Notes: generated by a model not told the origin, from the sequence alone. A stretch of DNA of 57,903 bases from an uncultured Candidatus Saccharibacteria bacterium (GCA_964594755.1 CAZQMO010000006.1:1-57903), one strand, 5' to 3'. Counted from the stretch's first letter, positions 1 to 9,613 are shown. A program made the numbers and translations.

Positions 1-2
1 CT

Positions 3-395
3 ATGTATACAGATCCAATTTCCGACATGTTAACAAGAATCCGCAATGGGCTTGCTGCTGGCAAGCAGGATTTGGTAATGCCTTACTCTAAGTACAAGCA
101 CAACTTGGCTCAGGTTTTATTAGAAGAAGGTTTTCTTTCTGGAGTAAATGAATTACCAGGCCGTGTGAAGATGCTTCAGATTAACTTAAAGTATGATAAC
201 GGTGGTAGCCCAGTAATTTCTGGTATCAAACGCGTTAGCACCCCAGGCCAAAGAATTTATATGCCAGTTGGGAAGATTCCTCGCACTAATGGTGGTTATG
301 GTGTTACTGTTGTTTCAACTTCTAAAGGTCTAGTTACAGATAAGCGCGCCCGCAAGGACCGCATCGGTGGAGAAGTAATTTGCCAGATCTGGTAA
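3..395 (+). CDS. rpsH: 30S ribosomal protein S8
   Basis: TDPISDMLTRIRNG start, SKYK, RVSTPGQRIY, STSKG, GGEVICQIW; first gene of the spc-operon remainder. Confidence 0.98.
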   Translation: MYTDPISDMLTRIRNGLAAGKQDLVMPYSKYKHNLAQVLLEEGFLSGVNELPGRVKMLQINLKYDNGGSPVISGIKRVSTPGQRIYMPVGKIPRTNGGYGVTVVSTSKGLVTDKRARKDRIGGEVICQIW

Positions 396-410
396 AGATT
401 AATCAAATTT

Positions 411-992
411 ATGAGTAGAATTGGAAAAAAACCAGTTATTCTTCCAAACGGCATCACTGCTGAATTGAAAGACCAGACCCTAACCATCAAAGGTGGTAAA
501 GGTACTTTGACTATGACTGTTCATCCAAAAGTTTCTGTTGAAGTTAAGGATGGGGAAGTATTAGTTGATGTAGCTAAGAAAGAGGATAAGCGCGAAAAAG
601 CTCTTTGGGGCTTGTCTCGAGCTTTAGTTCAGAACATGGTTGATGGTTTAGAAAAAGGTTATACTAAGCAGTTAGATGTGGTTGGAGTAGGTTTTAAAGC
701 CGAAGTCCGCGGTAAGGATTTAGTGTTGTCTTTGGGTTATTCTCACCCAATTGAATTCCCAATTCCAGAAGGTATTGAAGTAAAGGCAGAAAAAGATCCA
801 GCTAAAGTTACTATTCAGCAATATCAGACCACTATTACATTGACCGGTATTGATAAGCAGTTGGTAGGCCAGGTCGCTGCCAATATTCGTGAATTAAGAA
901 AGCCAGAACCTTATAAGGGTAAAGGTGTTCGTTATAGCGACGAAAACATCTTGCGTAAAGCTGGTAAAGTCGTGAAAGCGGTAGGTAAATAA
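411..992 (+). CDS. rplF: 50S ribosomal protein L6
   Basis: [30 protein letters not shown] motifs. Confidence 0.98.
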   Translation: MSRIGKKPVILPNGITAELKDQTLTIKGGKGTLTMTVHPKVSVEVKDGEVLVDVAKKEDKREKALWGLSRALVQNMVDGLEKGYTKQLDVVGVGFKAEVRGKDLVLSLGYSHPIEFPIPEGIEVKAEKDPAKVTIQQYQTTITLTGIDKQLVGQVAANIRELRKPEPYKGKGVRYSDENILRKAGKVVKAVGK

Positions 993-993
993 T

Positions 994-1347
994 ATGAATA
1001 AGATTCAGCACAAACAATTAAAGCATCAACTCCGTAAGGGGCGAGTGCGTAGCGTAATTTCTGGTACTGCTAGCCGTCCACGCTTATCAGTGTTCCGTTC
1101 GAATGCTCATATTACTGCTCAAGTAATCGATGATCAAACTGGTAAGACTTTGGCTACTTCTTCTACCTCTACCTTAAAGGTCACTGGTAATAAAGTAGAG
1201 CAAGCTGCTGCAGTAGGAAAAGATATCGCTGCAAAAGCGCAAGCTGCTGGTGTTAAAGCTGTTGTCTTTGACCGCGGTGGCTACAAGTATCACGGCCGCG
1301 TTAAAGCAGTTGCCGATGCTGCCCGTGAAAGCGGTTTAAACTTCTAA
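994..1347 (+). CDS. rplR: 50S ribosomal protein L18
   Basis: [10 protein letters not shown] and [28 protein letters not shown]. Confidence 0.98.
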   Translation: MNKIQHKQLKHQLRKGRVRSVISGTASRPRLSVFRSNAHITAQVIDDQTGKTLATSSTSTLKVTGNKVEQAAAVGKDIAAKAQAAGVKAVVFDRGGYKYHGRVKAVADAARESGLNF

Positions 1348-1359
1348 TTTATAAAAACT

Positions 1360-1860
1360 ATGGAAAAGAAATCTCGCAAACCGAATAATCGCACTCCACA
1401 ACAACCTCGTGAATTTGATCAGAAGGTTGTGGAAGTTAAGCGTGTCACCCGCGTTACTGGCGGTGGTAAGCGCATGCGTTTCCGTGCTTTGGTGGTAATT
1501 GGTGACCACAAAGGCAAAGTTGGTATTGGTTTGAGAAAAGGGATGGACGTTGCCGAAAGTGTTAACAAAGCTGTTAATGCTGCTAAGAGAAATATGATTA
1601 CTGTACCGATTGTCAATGATACGATTCCTCATGAAGTGAAAGTAAAGTATAAGTCTAGCAAGCTCCTTATGATGCCTGCTCGTCCTGGTACTGGTGTAAT
1701 TGCTGGTGGAGCTGTACGTAGCGTGTTGGATATGGCCGGAATCAAGAATGTAATTAGCAAGAGAGTTGGTTCTAATAATAAGACTAATAATGTCCGTGCA
1801 GCTTACGAAGCTTTCAAGATGATGCGCAGCAAAGAAGACATTTTGTCAGCTCGTAAATAA
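1360..1860 (+). CDS. rpsE: 30S ribosomal protein S5
   Basis: KRVTRVTGGGKRMRFRALVVIGD and PARPGTGVIAGG. Confidence 0.98.
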   Translation: MEKKSRKPNNRTPQQPREFDQKVVEVKRVTRVTGGGKRMRFRALVVIGDHKGKVGIGLRKGMDVAESVNKAVNAAKRNMITVPIVNDTIPHEVKVKYKSSKLLMMPARPGTGVIAGGAVRSVLDMAGIKNVISKRVGSNNKTNNVRAAYEAFKMMRSKEDILSARK

Positions 1861-1884
1861 CACTCCTTTAATTAATATATAGAG

Positions 1885-1950
1885 TGTCATCCCCGCGAAG
1901 GCGGGAATCTCCTAAAATATAGGAGATCCTGAATCAAGTTCAGGATGACA
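1885..1950. repeat. 66-bp palindromic (REP/RPE-like) element, TGTCATCC...GGATGACA ends
   Basis: Terminal inverted repeats enclose the hairpins CCCGC-GAAG-GCGGG, ATCTCCTA/TAGGAGAT and CCTGAA/TTCAGG; relatives at 22496, 56017 and 57645. Confidence 0.9.
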
Positions 1951-1963
1951 ACACACAAGACAT

Positions 1964-2398
1964 ATGATTAAGCTACATGATTTAAAACGTCATCCAAAAT
2001 CAACCAAGCGCCGCAAAGTTGTCGGTCGCGGTGTTGGTAGTGGTCACGGTACTTATTCTACTCGCGGTGCGAAGGGTCAAAAATCCCGTACTGGTCATTC
2101 TAAGTCTCCAGCTCGATTTGAAGGTGGACGCCAACCGTTAATCCGCCAAGTTCCTAAGAGTCGCGGTTTTAAGAGCATCCACGAAAGCGCTATGGCAGTC
2201 AGCGTCAGTTCACTCAACAAGTTCACTGATGGTGATGTAATCACTGTGGCAAGCTTAAAGAAAGCTGGCTTAATTCCAAGCACTGTTAACCGCGTTAAGT
2301 TACTTAAAGGTGATCTTAAGCGCAAGCTAACAGTGGCTGTTCCTGCATCTGCGACAGCTAAAGAAGCTATCGAAAAGGCAGGCGGTTCAGTTAAATAA
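1964..2398 (+). CDS. rplO: 50S ribosomal protein L15
   Basis: VGRGVGSGHGTYSTRGAKGQKSR, FEGGRQPL, AIEKAGG. Confidence 0.98.
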   Translation: MIKLHDLKRHPKSTKRRKVVGRGVGSGHGTYSTRGAKGQKSRTGHSKSPARFEGGRQPLIRQVPKSRGFKSIHESAMAVSVSSLNKFTDGDVITVASLKKAGLIPSTVNRVKLLKGDLKRKLTVAVPASATAKEAIEKAGGSVK

Positions 2399-2407
2399 TA
2401 AATTTTA

Positions 2408-2442
2408 AGATGCCATCTTTGCCTGTGAGTAAGATGGCATCT
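2408..2442. promoter_or_regulatory. Perfect 12-bp stem-loop between rplO and secY
   Basis: AGATGCCATCTT (2408-2419) and AAGATGGCATCT (2431-2442), 11-nt loop, no U-tract; TATAAT follows at 2447-2452. Confidence 0.7.
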
Positions 2443-2458
2443 ATTGTATAATACCAAT

Positions 2459-3736
2459 ATGAATAAACTCAGTTTAATTTGGAAAACTAAGGATCTGCGC
2501 TGGAAGATCACAATGGTCTTGATTCTTTTGTTAATGACACGCGTTTTAGCACATATTCCGATTCCAGGGGTCAGTGTTGAAGGTTTGCGTACTTTCTTTG
2601 AAGGCAATCAATTCTTGAACTTGTTAAATATCTTTTCTGGTGGTGGTTTGAGCAACTTCTCCATTGCGTTGCTTGGTGTTGGCCCTTACATTACTGCTTC
2701 AATTATCATGCAATTGTTGGCTATGATTGTGCCGTCTTTGCAAGAATTACAAAAGGAAAGCGGTGAAGCCGGTCGTACTAAAATTAACCAGTATACTCGA
2801 TTTTTAACAATTCCGTTAGCTATTTTGTCTGGGTTCGGAACGATTCGGTTATTGCAGAGCCAAGGTGGCGCTGAATTACTCGGAGTGTTCACTCCATTCC
2901 AATGGTTTTTAACTTTGTTAGCGGTAACAGCTGGAACTATGCTCGTGATGTGGATTGGTGAAATTATTTCTGAATACGGTATCGGTAATGGGATTTCTTT
3001 AGTAATTTTTGCAGGTATCGTTGCTCAGCTACCAACTAGTGTTGGTTCTCTGATTGAATTATATGACCCAACTCAGTTACCGACCATTCTTGGTTTCGCA
3101 GCTGTGGCGTTGTTAGTTATTGCTGGGGTAGTTTATGTGACTGAGGCTCAGCGTAATATTCCAGTTTCGTATGCAAAACGCATGCAAGGGGAGCGTCAGG
3201 TTGGTGGGGTTAGCTCACATCTACCCCTGCGTTTAAACCAGGCTGGTGTAATCCCAATTATTTTTGCCATTTCTTTGTTATTGTTCCCAGCTATCATCGC
3301 GCAGTTCTTTGTGAACGCAAAGACTCCATTAGTGGCAGAATGGGCTCAAAAGGCCATTGATTTTACTAATAATCAAGGACTTTGGTATGGGGTTGCTTAT
3401 TTCGTGTTAGTTGTCTTGTTTACCTATTTTTACACTAACATTGTGGTAAATCCAGATGATGTCTCTCAGAACATGCAGCGCAGTGGTGGATTCATCCAAG
3501 GTATTCGTCCAGGTCGCCAAACCGCTGACTACTTGTATAAAGTGTTGAATCGCATTACTTTACCTGGTTCATTGTTTTTAGGTACCATCGCTATCTTACC
3601 GTTTTTGATGCAAACCTGGACTGGAACTCAGGCTTTAACATTTGGCGGAACTGGTTTGTTGATTGTAGTTTCAGTGGTAATTGAGTCTATTAAGCAAGTA
3701 GAAGCTCAATTAACAATGCATGACTATCAGAAGTAA
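2459..3736 (+). CDS. secY: Preprotein translocase subunit SecY
   Basis: SIALLGVGPYITASIIMQLL, GIGNGISLVIFAGI, GGFIQGIRPG, FGGTGLLIVV; ATG 2459 preferred over the upstream TTG. Confidence 0.98.
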   Translation: MNKLSLIWKTKDLRWKITMVLILLLMTRVLAHIPIPGVSVEGLRTFFEGNQFLNLLNIFSGGGLSNFSIALLGVGPYITASIIMQLLAMIVPSLQELQKESGEAGRTKINQYTRFLTIPLAILSGFGTIRLLQSQGGAELLGVFTPFQWFLTLLAVTAGTMLVMWIGEIISEYGIGNGISLVIFAGIVAQLPTSVGSLIELYDPTQLPTILGFAAVALLVIAGVVYVTEAQRNIPVSYAKRMQGERQVGGVSSHLPLRLNQAGVIPIIFAISLLLFPAIIAQFFVNAKTPLVAEWAQKAIDFTNNQGLWYGVAYFVLVVLFTYFYTNIVVNPDDVSQNMQRSGGFIQGIRPGRQTADYLYKVLNRITLPGSLFLGTIAILPFLMQTWTGTQALTFGGTGLLIVVSVVIESIKQVEAQLTMHDYQK

Positions 3737-3760
3737 GGATAATTTTTTATTTCAAAGTTT

Positions 3761-3787
3761 AAACCCCCGCAAAGCGCGGGGGTTTTT
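3761..3787 (+). terminator. Intrinsic terminator ending the spc operon after secY
   Basis: AAACCCCCGC-AAAGC-GCGGGGGTTT followed by T residues. Confidence 0.85.
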
Positions 3788-3795
3788 GCATGTTC

Positions 3796-3878
3796 GACCG
3801 AGCTTGCCGCTCAAGCCGATGGGCTACGTTTGGCTTTGCGAAACTGGGCCCAGAGCCTTTCGCTTTGCAAGCCCGGTC
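3796..3878. other. GC-rich rod-like inverted-repeat structure of unknown function
   Basis: Outer GACCGAGCTTGC/GCAAGCCCGGTC, inner TGGGC/GCCCA and GTTT/AAAC pairings. Confidence 0.5.
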
Positions 3879-3931
3879 TTACAGAAAGGGAGTTAGAAGA
3901 TTAAGATGTTTTGTGGTATAATATTGACACT

Positions 3932-4264
3932 ATGGAGCAAGAAAATAAGGAATTTCCCAATCAAATAGAGCAGTCTCCGCATGAAATCTCTACACCAGAG
4001 ACACCTGTACTTGAAACCGAAGAAGGTGTAATTGTTGAGCAGCCAATGACTGAGGAAGAGAAGCAGGAAATCACTGAACAGTTGGCTCTGGAGCAGGTTC
4101 AACCTGTTGCGCCAACCGTTCAAGAAGTTAAGGCTGTAGCAATGGAACGAGCAGCAGTAGAGCAAGAACAGTTGGATAAGGCTCATGAACACCTCCAAAA
4201 GGATAACGAGATTGAAACCAGCGCTGATGCTCACAGCATACTTAACGACTTAATGAATAACTAA
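3932..4264 (+). CDS. Acidic hypothetical protein
   Basis: Glu/Gln-rich ORF; the ORF-track start at 3911 overlaps a TGG-TATAAT element (3917-3922), so ATG 3932 is preferred. Confidence 0.7.
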   Translation: MEQENKEFPNQIEQSPHEISTPETPVLETEEGVIVEQPMTEEEKQEITEQLALEQVQPVAPTVQEVKAVAMERAAVEQEQLDKAHEHLQKDNEIETSADAHSILNDLMNN

Positions 4265-4309
4265 GCTTCAGCCCCGCAAATTACTTAAAACAAAAAGCAA
4301 AATTACCAA

Positions 4310-6868
4310 ATGTTATTTGGATTTGATATCAGCACGATACTTATAACCACACTACTACTAGCGGTTTTAGTAGTAGTCTTTGTATTGGCGGCAGTTTATT
4401 ATATTCACAGATTCTGGTATTACAAGCACGTGATTTTGCCTCGCACCAAAAATTGGGTGTTCTTGGAAATTCAAATGCCCAAGGATAACAGCGAGGATAA
4501 AGAACGAACCTTGCGCGATGAGGAGAAGAAAAAACTGATTGCTGTTGCAGAGCAGCTTTACACAACCTTGTCTGGTATAAGTCATGAGAATTGGTTTTGG
4601 CAGCCCAAGGATTATATTAGTTTTGAGATTGCCTGTTCGGCAAAAAAGATTTCCTTCTACATCAACTGTCCTAAGCATCTGCAAGATTTAATCGAAAAGC
4701 AAATTCAAGCGCAGTACCCACACGCGTTCATTGAAGAAATCAAAGGTTATAATCCGTTTCCAAAAAGCGGAGAGTTAGCCGCGGCTGAATTGCAACTCAA
4801 TAAATCTTACGTTTACCCTCTGCGCACTTATGAAGACATGGAATCAGATCCGCTCAATGCGTTGACCAACGCCATGTCTAAATTAACTGAACAAGACGGG
4901 GCAGCGATTCAAATCATTCTTTATCCAGCAGGAACACATTGGCAACTTAAGCCGCGACACATGGCTTTGGAAATTCAACAAGGTAAGAACCCTAATGTTG
5001 TGTCTAGTAGTATGGGTCAGAAATTTGCGCGTGAGGTAGGTAGTGGTCTAAAAGATAGTGTGCTCGGGTCTAGGAACCCTTCCGAATCTCAGCTACAACA
5101 ACGGAACGATTTAACCGGTCAGTATAGTGCTATTTCGCTCACTCCAATGCAGCAAGAAATGGTGAAGCGCTTCGAAGAGAAAGCGAGCCGGCCGGGGTTC
5201 TTTACAAATATTCGCATAGTTACCGCATCAGAAGTGCCTGGTCAGGCTCGTCTACATTTACAAAACATTACCTCTTCTTTTTTGGAATATAATATGGCGC
5301 CGTTTAATGGCTTTCGAATTAAATCTCGTAAGAAAAAACGCATAGTCAAGGATTATATCTTTAGAGTTTATCGTCGTTACGGCCGTAAAATGATTCTAAA
5401 CACCGAAGAACTGGCTAGTCTGTGGCATCTGCCAACTCCATACCTAGAAACGCCAAATATCAAATGGCTGTTGTCTAAAAAGGCTCCGGCACCAGTGAAC
5501 TTAGTTGATAACGGGTTGTTGATTGGTAAGAATATTTACCGCGGATTAGAAACTAAAATTCATATAGCCAAAGAAGACCGTCGCCGTCACATGTATATTT
5601 TGGGACGTACAGGTGTTGGTAAAACCGAGGTGATGAAATATATGGCCGTTCAAGATATTGCCAACGGCGAAGGACTTTGCATTATTGATCCTCACGGCGA
5701 TTTCATAGAAGACGTGTTGCCTCATATTCCTAAGCACCGTGCCGAGGATGTAATTTTGTTTGACCCATCTGACACCGAACGGCCACTTGGACTTAACATG
5801 CTGGAAGTCACTCGAGAAGAGCAAAAGGATTTTTCAGTTCAAGAAATGATTGCCATCTTCTACAAATTAGTCACTGACCCAGCTATGCTTGGTCCAATGT
5901 TTGAACATAACATGCGCAACGCCATGTTAACGCTGATGGCAGATAAAGAACAACCAGGAACTATCGTTGAGATTCCCCGAATCTTTACAGACACGGAATT
6001 TCAAAAGTACAAAGTTTCGAAAGTTGCCGACCCAGTGGTCCGTGCCTTTTGGGAAAAAGAAATGGCAAAGACTTCTGATTTTCATAAATCAGAAATGCTT
6101 GGCTACTTGGTATCCAAAGTTGGCAGGTTTGTAGAAAATAGTATGATGCGCAATATTGTTGGACAAGCCAAGAGCTCGTTTAATTTTCGTGACATTATGG
6201 ATAGCCAAAAAATCTTATTAGTAAATTTGGCTAAAGGCAAGATAGGGGAGATGAATGCCAAGCTGCTCGGGTTGATAATTGTTTCCAAGATTCAAATGGC
6301 GGCGTTGTCACGAGCCGATCAGCCCGAAGATCAGCGCCGAGATTTTTACTTGTACGTTGATGAGTTTCAGAATTTTATCACTGATGCCTTTTCTTCTATA
6401 CTCAGTGAAGCTCGTAAGTATAAACTTAATTTGATTATTGCTCACCAGTTCTTAGCACAGCTTCAGCAAGCAGCTGGTGCGCAGGGTGCGGCCAGTCAGG
6501 ATTTGCGCGATGCCGTGTTTGGAAACACAGGTTCCATGATTAGCTTCCGTATCGGCGTGGAAGATTCCGAAGTTATGGCCAAAGAATTTGCTCCAACCTT
6601 TAATGAATTTGATTTACTAAATATTGATCGCTATAACGCGTTCGTTAAGTTGATGGTCAACGGTTCAGCTTCCAAACCATTCAATATGGCCACTTATCCG
6701 TTACCAAAAGCTATGGCCGAACAAAAGCAAATTGCTGATGCTATCCGGCAATTGTCTCGATTAAAGTATGGCAGACCGCAGAATGAGGTTGAAGCTGATA
6801 TTTTAAAAGCCAGCCAAATCGCTGATATGATGGCAGCTGGGCCAGCTAGTACAGAAAAAACTTTATAA
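4310..6868 (+). CDS. VirB4/TraG-VirD4/HerA-like P-loop ATPase with N-terminal TM (CPR type)
   Basis: Walker A GRTGVGKT, IIDPHGD, Walker B LYVDEFQNF, LSEARKYKLNLIIAHQ. Confidence 0.85.
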   Translation: MLFGFDISTILITTLLLAVLVVVFVLAAVYYIHRFWYYKHVILPRTKNWVFLEIQMPKDNSEDKERTLRDEEKKKLIAVAEQLYTTLSGISHENWFWQPKDYISFEIACSAKKISFYINCPKHLQDLIEKQIQAQYPHAFIEEIKGYNPFPKSGELAAAELQLNKSYVYPLRTYEDMESDPLNALTNAMSKLTEQDGAAIQIILYPAGTHWQLKPRHMALEIQQGKNPNVVSSSMGQKFAREVGSGLKDSVLGSRNPSESQLQQRNDLTGQYSAISLTPMQQEMVKRFEEKASRPGFFTNIRIVTASEVPGQARLHLQNITSSFLEYNMAPFNGFRIKSRKKKRIVKDYIFRVYRRYGRKMILNTEELASLWHLPTPYLETPNIKWLLSKKAPAPVNLVDNGLLIGKNIYRGLETKIHIAKEDRRRHMYILGRTGVGKTEVMKYMAVQDIANGEGLCIIDPHGDFIEDVLPHIPKHRAEDVILFDPSDTERPLGLNMLEVTREEQKDFSVQEMIAIFYKLVTDPAMLGPMFEHNMRNAMLTLMADKEQPGTIVEIPRIFTDTEFQKYKVSKVADPVVRAFWEKEMAKTSDFHKSEMLGYLVSKVGRFVENSMMRNIVGQAKSSFNFRDIMDSQKILLVNLAKGKIGEMNAKLLGLIIVSKIQMAALSRADQPEDQRRDFYLYVDEFQNFITDAFSSILSEARKYKLNLIIAHQFLAQLQQAAGAQGAASQDLRDAVFGNTGSMISFRIGVEDSEVMAKEFAPTFNEFDLLNIDRYNAFVKLMVNGSASKPFNMATYPLPKAMAEQKQIADAIRQLSRLKYGRPQNEVEADILKASQIADMMAAGPASTEKTL

Positions 6869-6881
6869 AAACCTCTTAAAT

Positions 6882-6909
6882 AACCGGACTTTTTTTAAGT
6901 CCGGTTTTT
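6882..6909 (+). terminator. Intrinsic terminator
   Basis: AACCGGACTT-TTTTT-AAGTCCGGTT plus T tract. Confidence 0.8.
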
Positions 6910-6917
6910 GATTTGTA

Positions 6918-6946
6918 TTGACAAAACTACTAAAAAGTGCTATAAT
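6918..6946 (+). promoter_or_regulatory. Consensus sigma70 promoter for the 7058-9613 operon
   Basis: TTGACA (6918-6923), 17-bp spacer, TATAAT (6941-6946). Confidence 0.85.
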
Positions 6947-6956
6947 TGTGTTTCAT

Positions 6957-6974
6957 AAATTAAGATTGTTTTTC
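6957..6974 (+). repeat. 18-bp direct repeat, left copy (att-like)
   Basis: AAATTAAGATTGTTTTTC, identical at 9763-9780. Confidence 0.75.
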
Positions 6975-7057
6975 CGAATCTGCTGATCTAGTCATCAGGT
7001 TTGGCAAAGCAATTTGCCGTAGTACTTTGAAAATTTCATAGATTTAGGAGAGAGATT

Positions 7058-7666
7058 ATGTCAGAACTGAAAGGCCTAGAAGGCTTTATACGTAATTATG
7101 ACGGTAATTTTGGTTTGATTCAGCAGACCGGACCGCTATCGAAAGATGGCTCAAAGCCGGTTCGTAAAAAAGATCAAAAACCGTTTGAACAAGTTCTTTA
7201 CCTCGAGGATTGGACTAACTCCGGCCTTACGCCAGAGCAGATCAAAGTCGGACAACGTCTGAAATATGACGCAGTGCCTGATGAAAAATCCGAAGGCGGT
7301 AAACGTAAGAAAGCGATTAACTTTACGTTGAAGGACACCGCAGAACCAGTTTCTGAGGTGAAACAAGAAAAGCCAAAAGAATTTTTGGTGAAAGCAAATG
7401 GTTCAAATTTTTTGGAGCTACGAGTTATCGATGAGAAAGCTACAAATTTTACCATCGCGGCTTTAGCACCAAAGGTTGAACAAGTTGAATTCACCGTGGA
7501 TGGTGCGAAACAACCTTCGCCACCGTCCGGAAGAATTCAGATCAAAGACATCAAGTCATTTGCCGACATTGAAGTTGTGTATCCGATGGATTCACTCGCT
7601 TTAATGATTCGGTGTGATGACACCGGATCTCGTCAGCACTTGACGTTGTGGAATAAACAGAAATAG
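7058..7666 (+). CDS. Hypothetical protein with possible N-terminal cold-shock/OB-fold-like domain
   Basis: SD AGGAG; pattern GFIRNYDGNFGLI...IKVGQRLKYDAV...GKRKKAINF resembles CSD strand spacing; product is inference. Confidence 0.55.
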   Translation: MSELKGLEGFIRNYDGNFGLIQQTGPLSKDGSKPVRKKDQKPFEQVLYLEDWTNSGLTPEQIKVGQRLKYDAVPDEKSEGGKRKKAINFTLKDTAEPVSEVKQEKPKEFLVKANGSNFLELRVIDEKATNFTIAALAPKVEQVEFTVDGAKQPSPPSGRIQIKDIKSFADIEVVYPMDSLALMIRCDDTGSRQHLTLWNKQK

Positions 7667-7676
7667 GAGAACAGTA

Positions 7677-8396
7677 ATGGCAGAAAAAACATGGGACAGC
7701 GTCAAAAATTTGTTAGCGGTTATTAAAGATATGGGTCAGAGCTTTGGTGCTTTGGCAGGATTCTTTTCGCTATTCAATGATGCAAGACCGGTCGTCGAAG
7801 GAGTCCTTCGACAAGTATCACCGGAGTTTGCTTTAAAACTTCGTAGGTCTGAGCAGCAAGGTTCAAAAGGTGCCGCTGATGAAGTGATGTTTCTTAAAAC
7901 ATTACTCATCATGGACGGCGATGACCCGGATCAACAAGATCGCCCTGAACTCGAAGCTATCGTCAGTTATTTGTCGTGGGTTAATACCCGTGACTTGATC
8001 TATGGCGTGGTTTTCATTTGGGTCACTGGTCTGGAAATGGACGATGACGAGCGTCTGAGGTTTTTAAAGCAAATTGCTTTAATGACTGACGACAACGGTA
8101 ATCGTCTTACGGACGAAGCTCATCAGAAACGGTTTGAGTTTACTCAGACCATGGAGATTTTCCGAAAGCCCCTTGGTATGATTGAAGGTTTTCTTCAAAA
8201 ACATCCAGGAATACAGGAAAAAATCGAGCAGTTCCAGCAATGGGACGCAACATTCGCAGCATCGGCCGCGGCCAACCAAACCAATTTTTTGGCAAGGATG
8301 ACCGAAATTCAAGGACGAATCGCTGATCCGACAACCGTACCGAACCTTCCACAGGTAAATCGCGCAGGTTGGAAATATTGGTTTAAATTCTGGTAA
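7677..8396 (+). CDS. Hypothetical alpha-helical protein
   Basis: 239-aa ORF, SD AGGAG, 10 nt after the previous stop. Confidence 0.75.
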   Translation: MAEKTWDSVKNLLAVIKDMGQSFGALAGFFSLFNDARPVVEGVLRQVSPEFALKLRRSEQQGSKGAADEVMFLKTLLIMDGDDPDQQDRPELEAIVSYLSWVNTRDLIYGVVFIWVTGLEMDDDERLRFLKQIALMTDDNGNRLTDEAHQKRFEFTQTMEIFRKPLGMIEGFLQKHPGIQEKIEQFQQWDATFAASAAANQTNFLARMTEIQGRIADPTTVPNLPQVNRAGWKYWFKFW

Positions 8397-8413
8397 GCCA
8401 GGAGGGGATAAAA

Positions 8414-9613
8414 ATGAACGTACTGACAACTTTTGTTTTCGGCCTGGCAAACGTGCTGGGTTTAGGTTTTATTCGTGTGTATGATGCTACCGTGAATTCT
8501 TATCGCGATACTCGCGATCAGTTGAAGCGGTATGCGGTCTTTACGATCGTGATGGTTCTCGTTGGTTCTGTGTTATGCAGGGCTGGTGAGGAAAATAATT
8601 CATGGTGGCTGTTGAATCTTGGCTACGTCCTTCTCACTATCAACTACGCCCTTGGCGGGTTGATCCTAGTCCTCTTGATAAAGAAGGCTATCCCGATGAT
8701 CTTGGTTTCCAAGATTAGTATCGCTACTATCGGTCAGACATTGGCGTTATCCAGTAAAGGACACGCAGCTGCTGGTTCGGTAGAAGAAGCGGATAAGCGA
8801 TTCACTCAGGTTTTCTGGGCAATCATTGTTAGTATGCAAGCATTTTCTTTGCTACTAACATTCATTCCTTTCTACCGAAACTTTCCTGGACTCTTGGTTT
8901 TCATGGGTTCAATCGTTTTGGTTAGCTTTACAGTGGTAGCACTGGAAGCGAAAGGACCTTGGTACGAACGCTACATGATGGGGATTTTATCCCTTGGGGT
9001 GGTCTCGATGGTCGTGGTTGTTATCAACTCGATCTTACCGGGAGAACTTTGGACTCGTGTCTCGGGTTCTTGGACCGCGTTTCGCCAGCTGGAAGAACTT
9101 ACTGCAAGAACTTATTGGGTCGCATTCATTTGGTTTGTGGCTTTGATAATTTTTGCGTACGGTGTCCTTAAGGTGATTTTCCGGAAGGGTGCTGAAGGAT
9201 CTTGGAAAGCTTTAGGAATCGGAACGGTGTTACTACTGTTCATGATTTTCCTGGGACCCAGGACAGAAGCATTAGTCCGGGAATCTGGACCCATCAATGC
9301 ACCGAGCTTTAAGTTCAGTATGCAGACAATCGGCGGACAAACGAATTCCCAGAACTCATCAGTTCAGGGACCGTATCTACCGAATGCAGACAATGATCTG
9401 AAAGTTGGGGAAGCATATAAGTTTCCCGATAACACTGCTGTATTTCTTTATGGGAAGGACGGTCAACTGCACTGGTTTAAAAGCCCTAGTGCTTTCAATA
9501 GACATTACGGTTGTGCCGGGAATCCTACACCGCTGGAGTGTCACCCAATCTATGAAATGCCTACGAGTGTCTCAAAAAGAGACTCTCGATTGAAGGGTGC
9601 TCCAATTCAATAG
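8414..9613 (+). CDS. Hypothetical multi-pass membrane protein with soluble C-terminal domain
   Basis: SD AGGAGG; about 8 hydrophobic segments followed by a Gly/aromatic C-terminal domain. Confidence 0.8.
   Translation: MNVLTTFVFGLANVLGLGFIRVYDATVNSYRDTRDQLKRYAVFTIVMVLVGSVLCRAGEENNSWWLLNLGYVLLTINYALGGLILVLLIKKAIPMILVSKISIATIGQTLALSSKGHAAAGSVEEADKRFTQVFWAIIVSMQAFSLLLTFIPFYRNFPGLLVFMGSIVLVSFTVVALEAKGPWYERYMMGILSLGVVSMVVVVINSILPGELWTRVSGSWTAFRQLEELTARTYWVAFIWFVALIIFAYGVLKVIFRKGAEGSWKALGIGTVLLLFMIFLGPRTEALVRESGPINAPSFKFSMQTIGGQTNSQNSSVQGPYLPNADNDLKVGEAYKFPDNTAVFLYGKDGQLHWFKSPSAFNRHYGCAGNPTPLECHPIYEMPTSVSKRDSRLKGAPIQ

Noticed and set aside
790-825. About 10-aa extra segment in L6 ([10 protein letters not shown])
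   Set aside because: The DNA is not palindromic and has no flanking repeat; probably lineage-specific loop variation.
1861-1963. rpmD pseudogene
   Set aside because: No L30-like residues in any frame; the gap is filled by the palindromic element, and L30 absence is normal for CPR.
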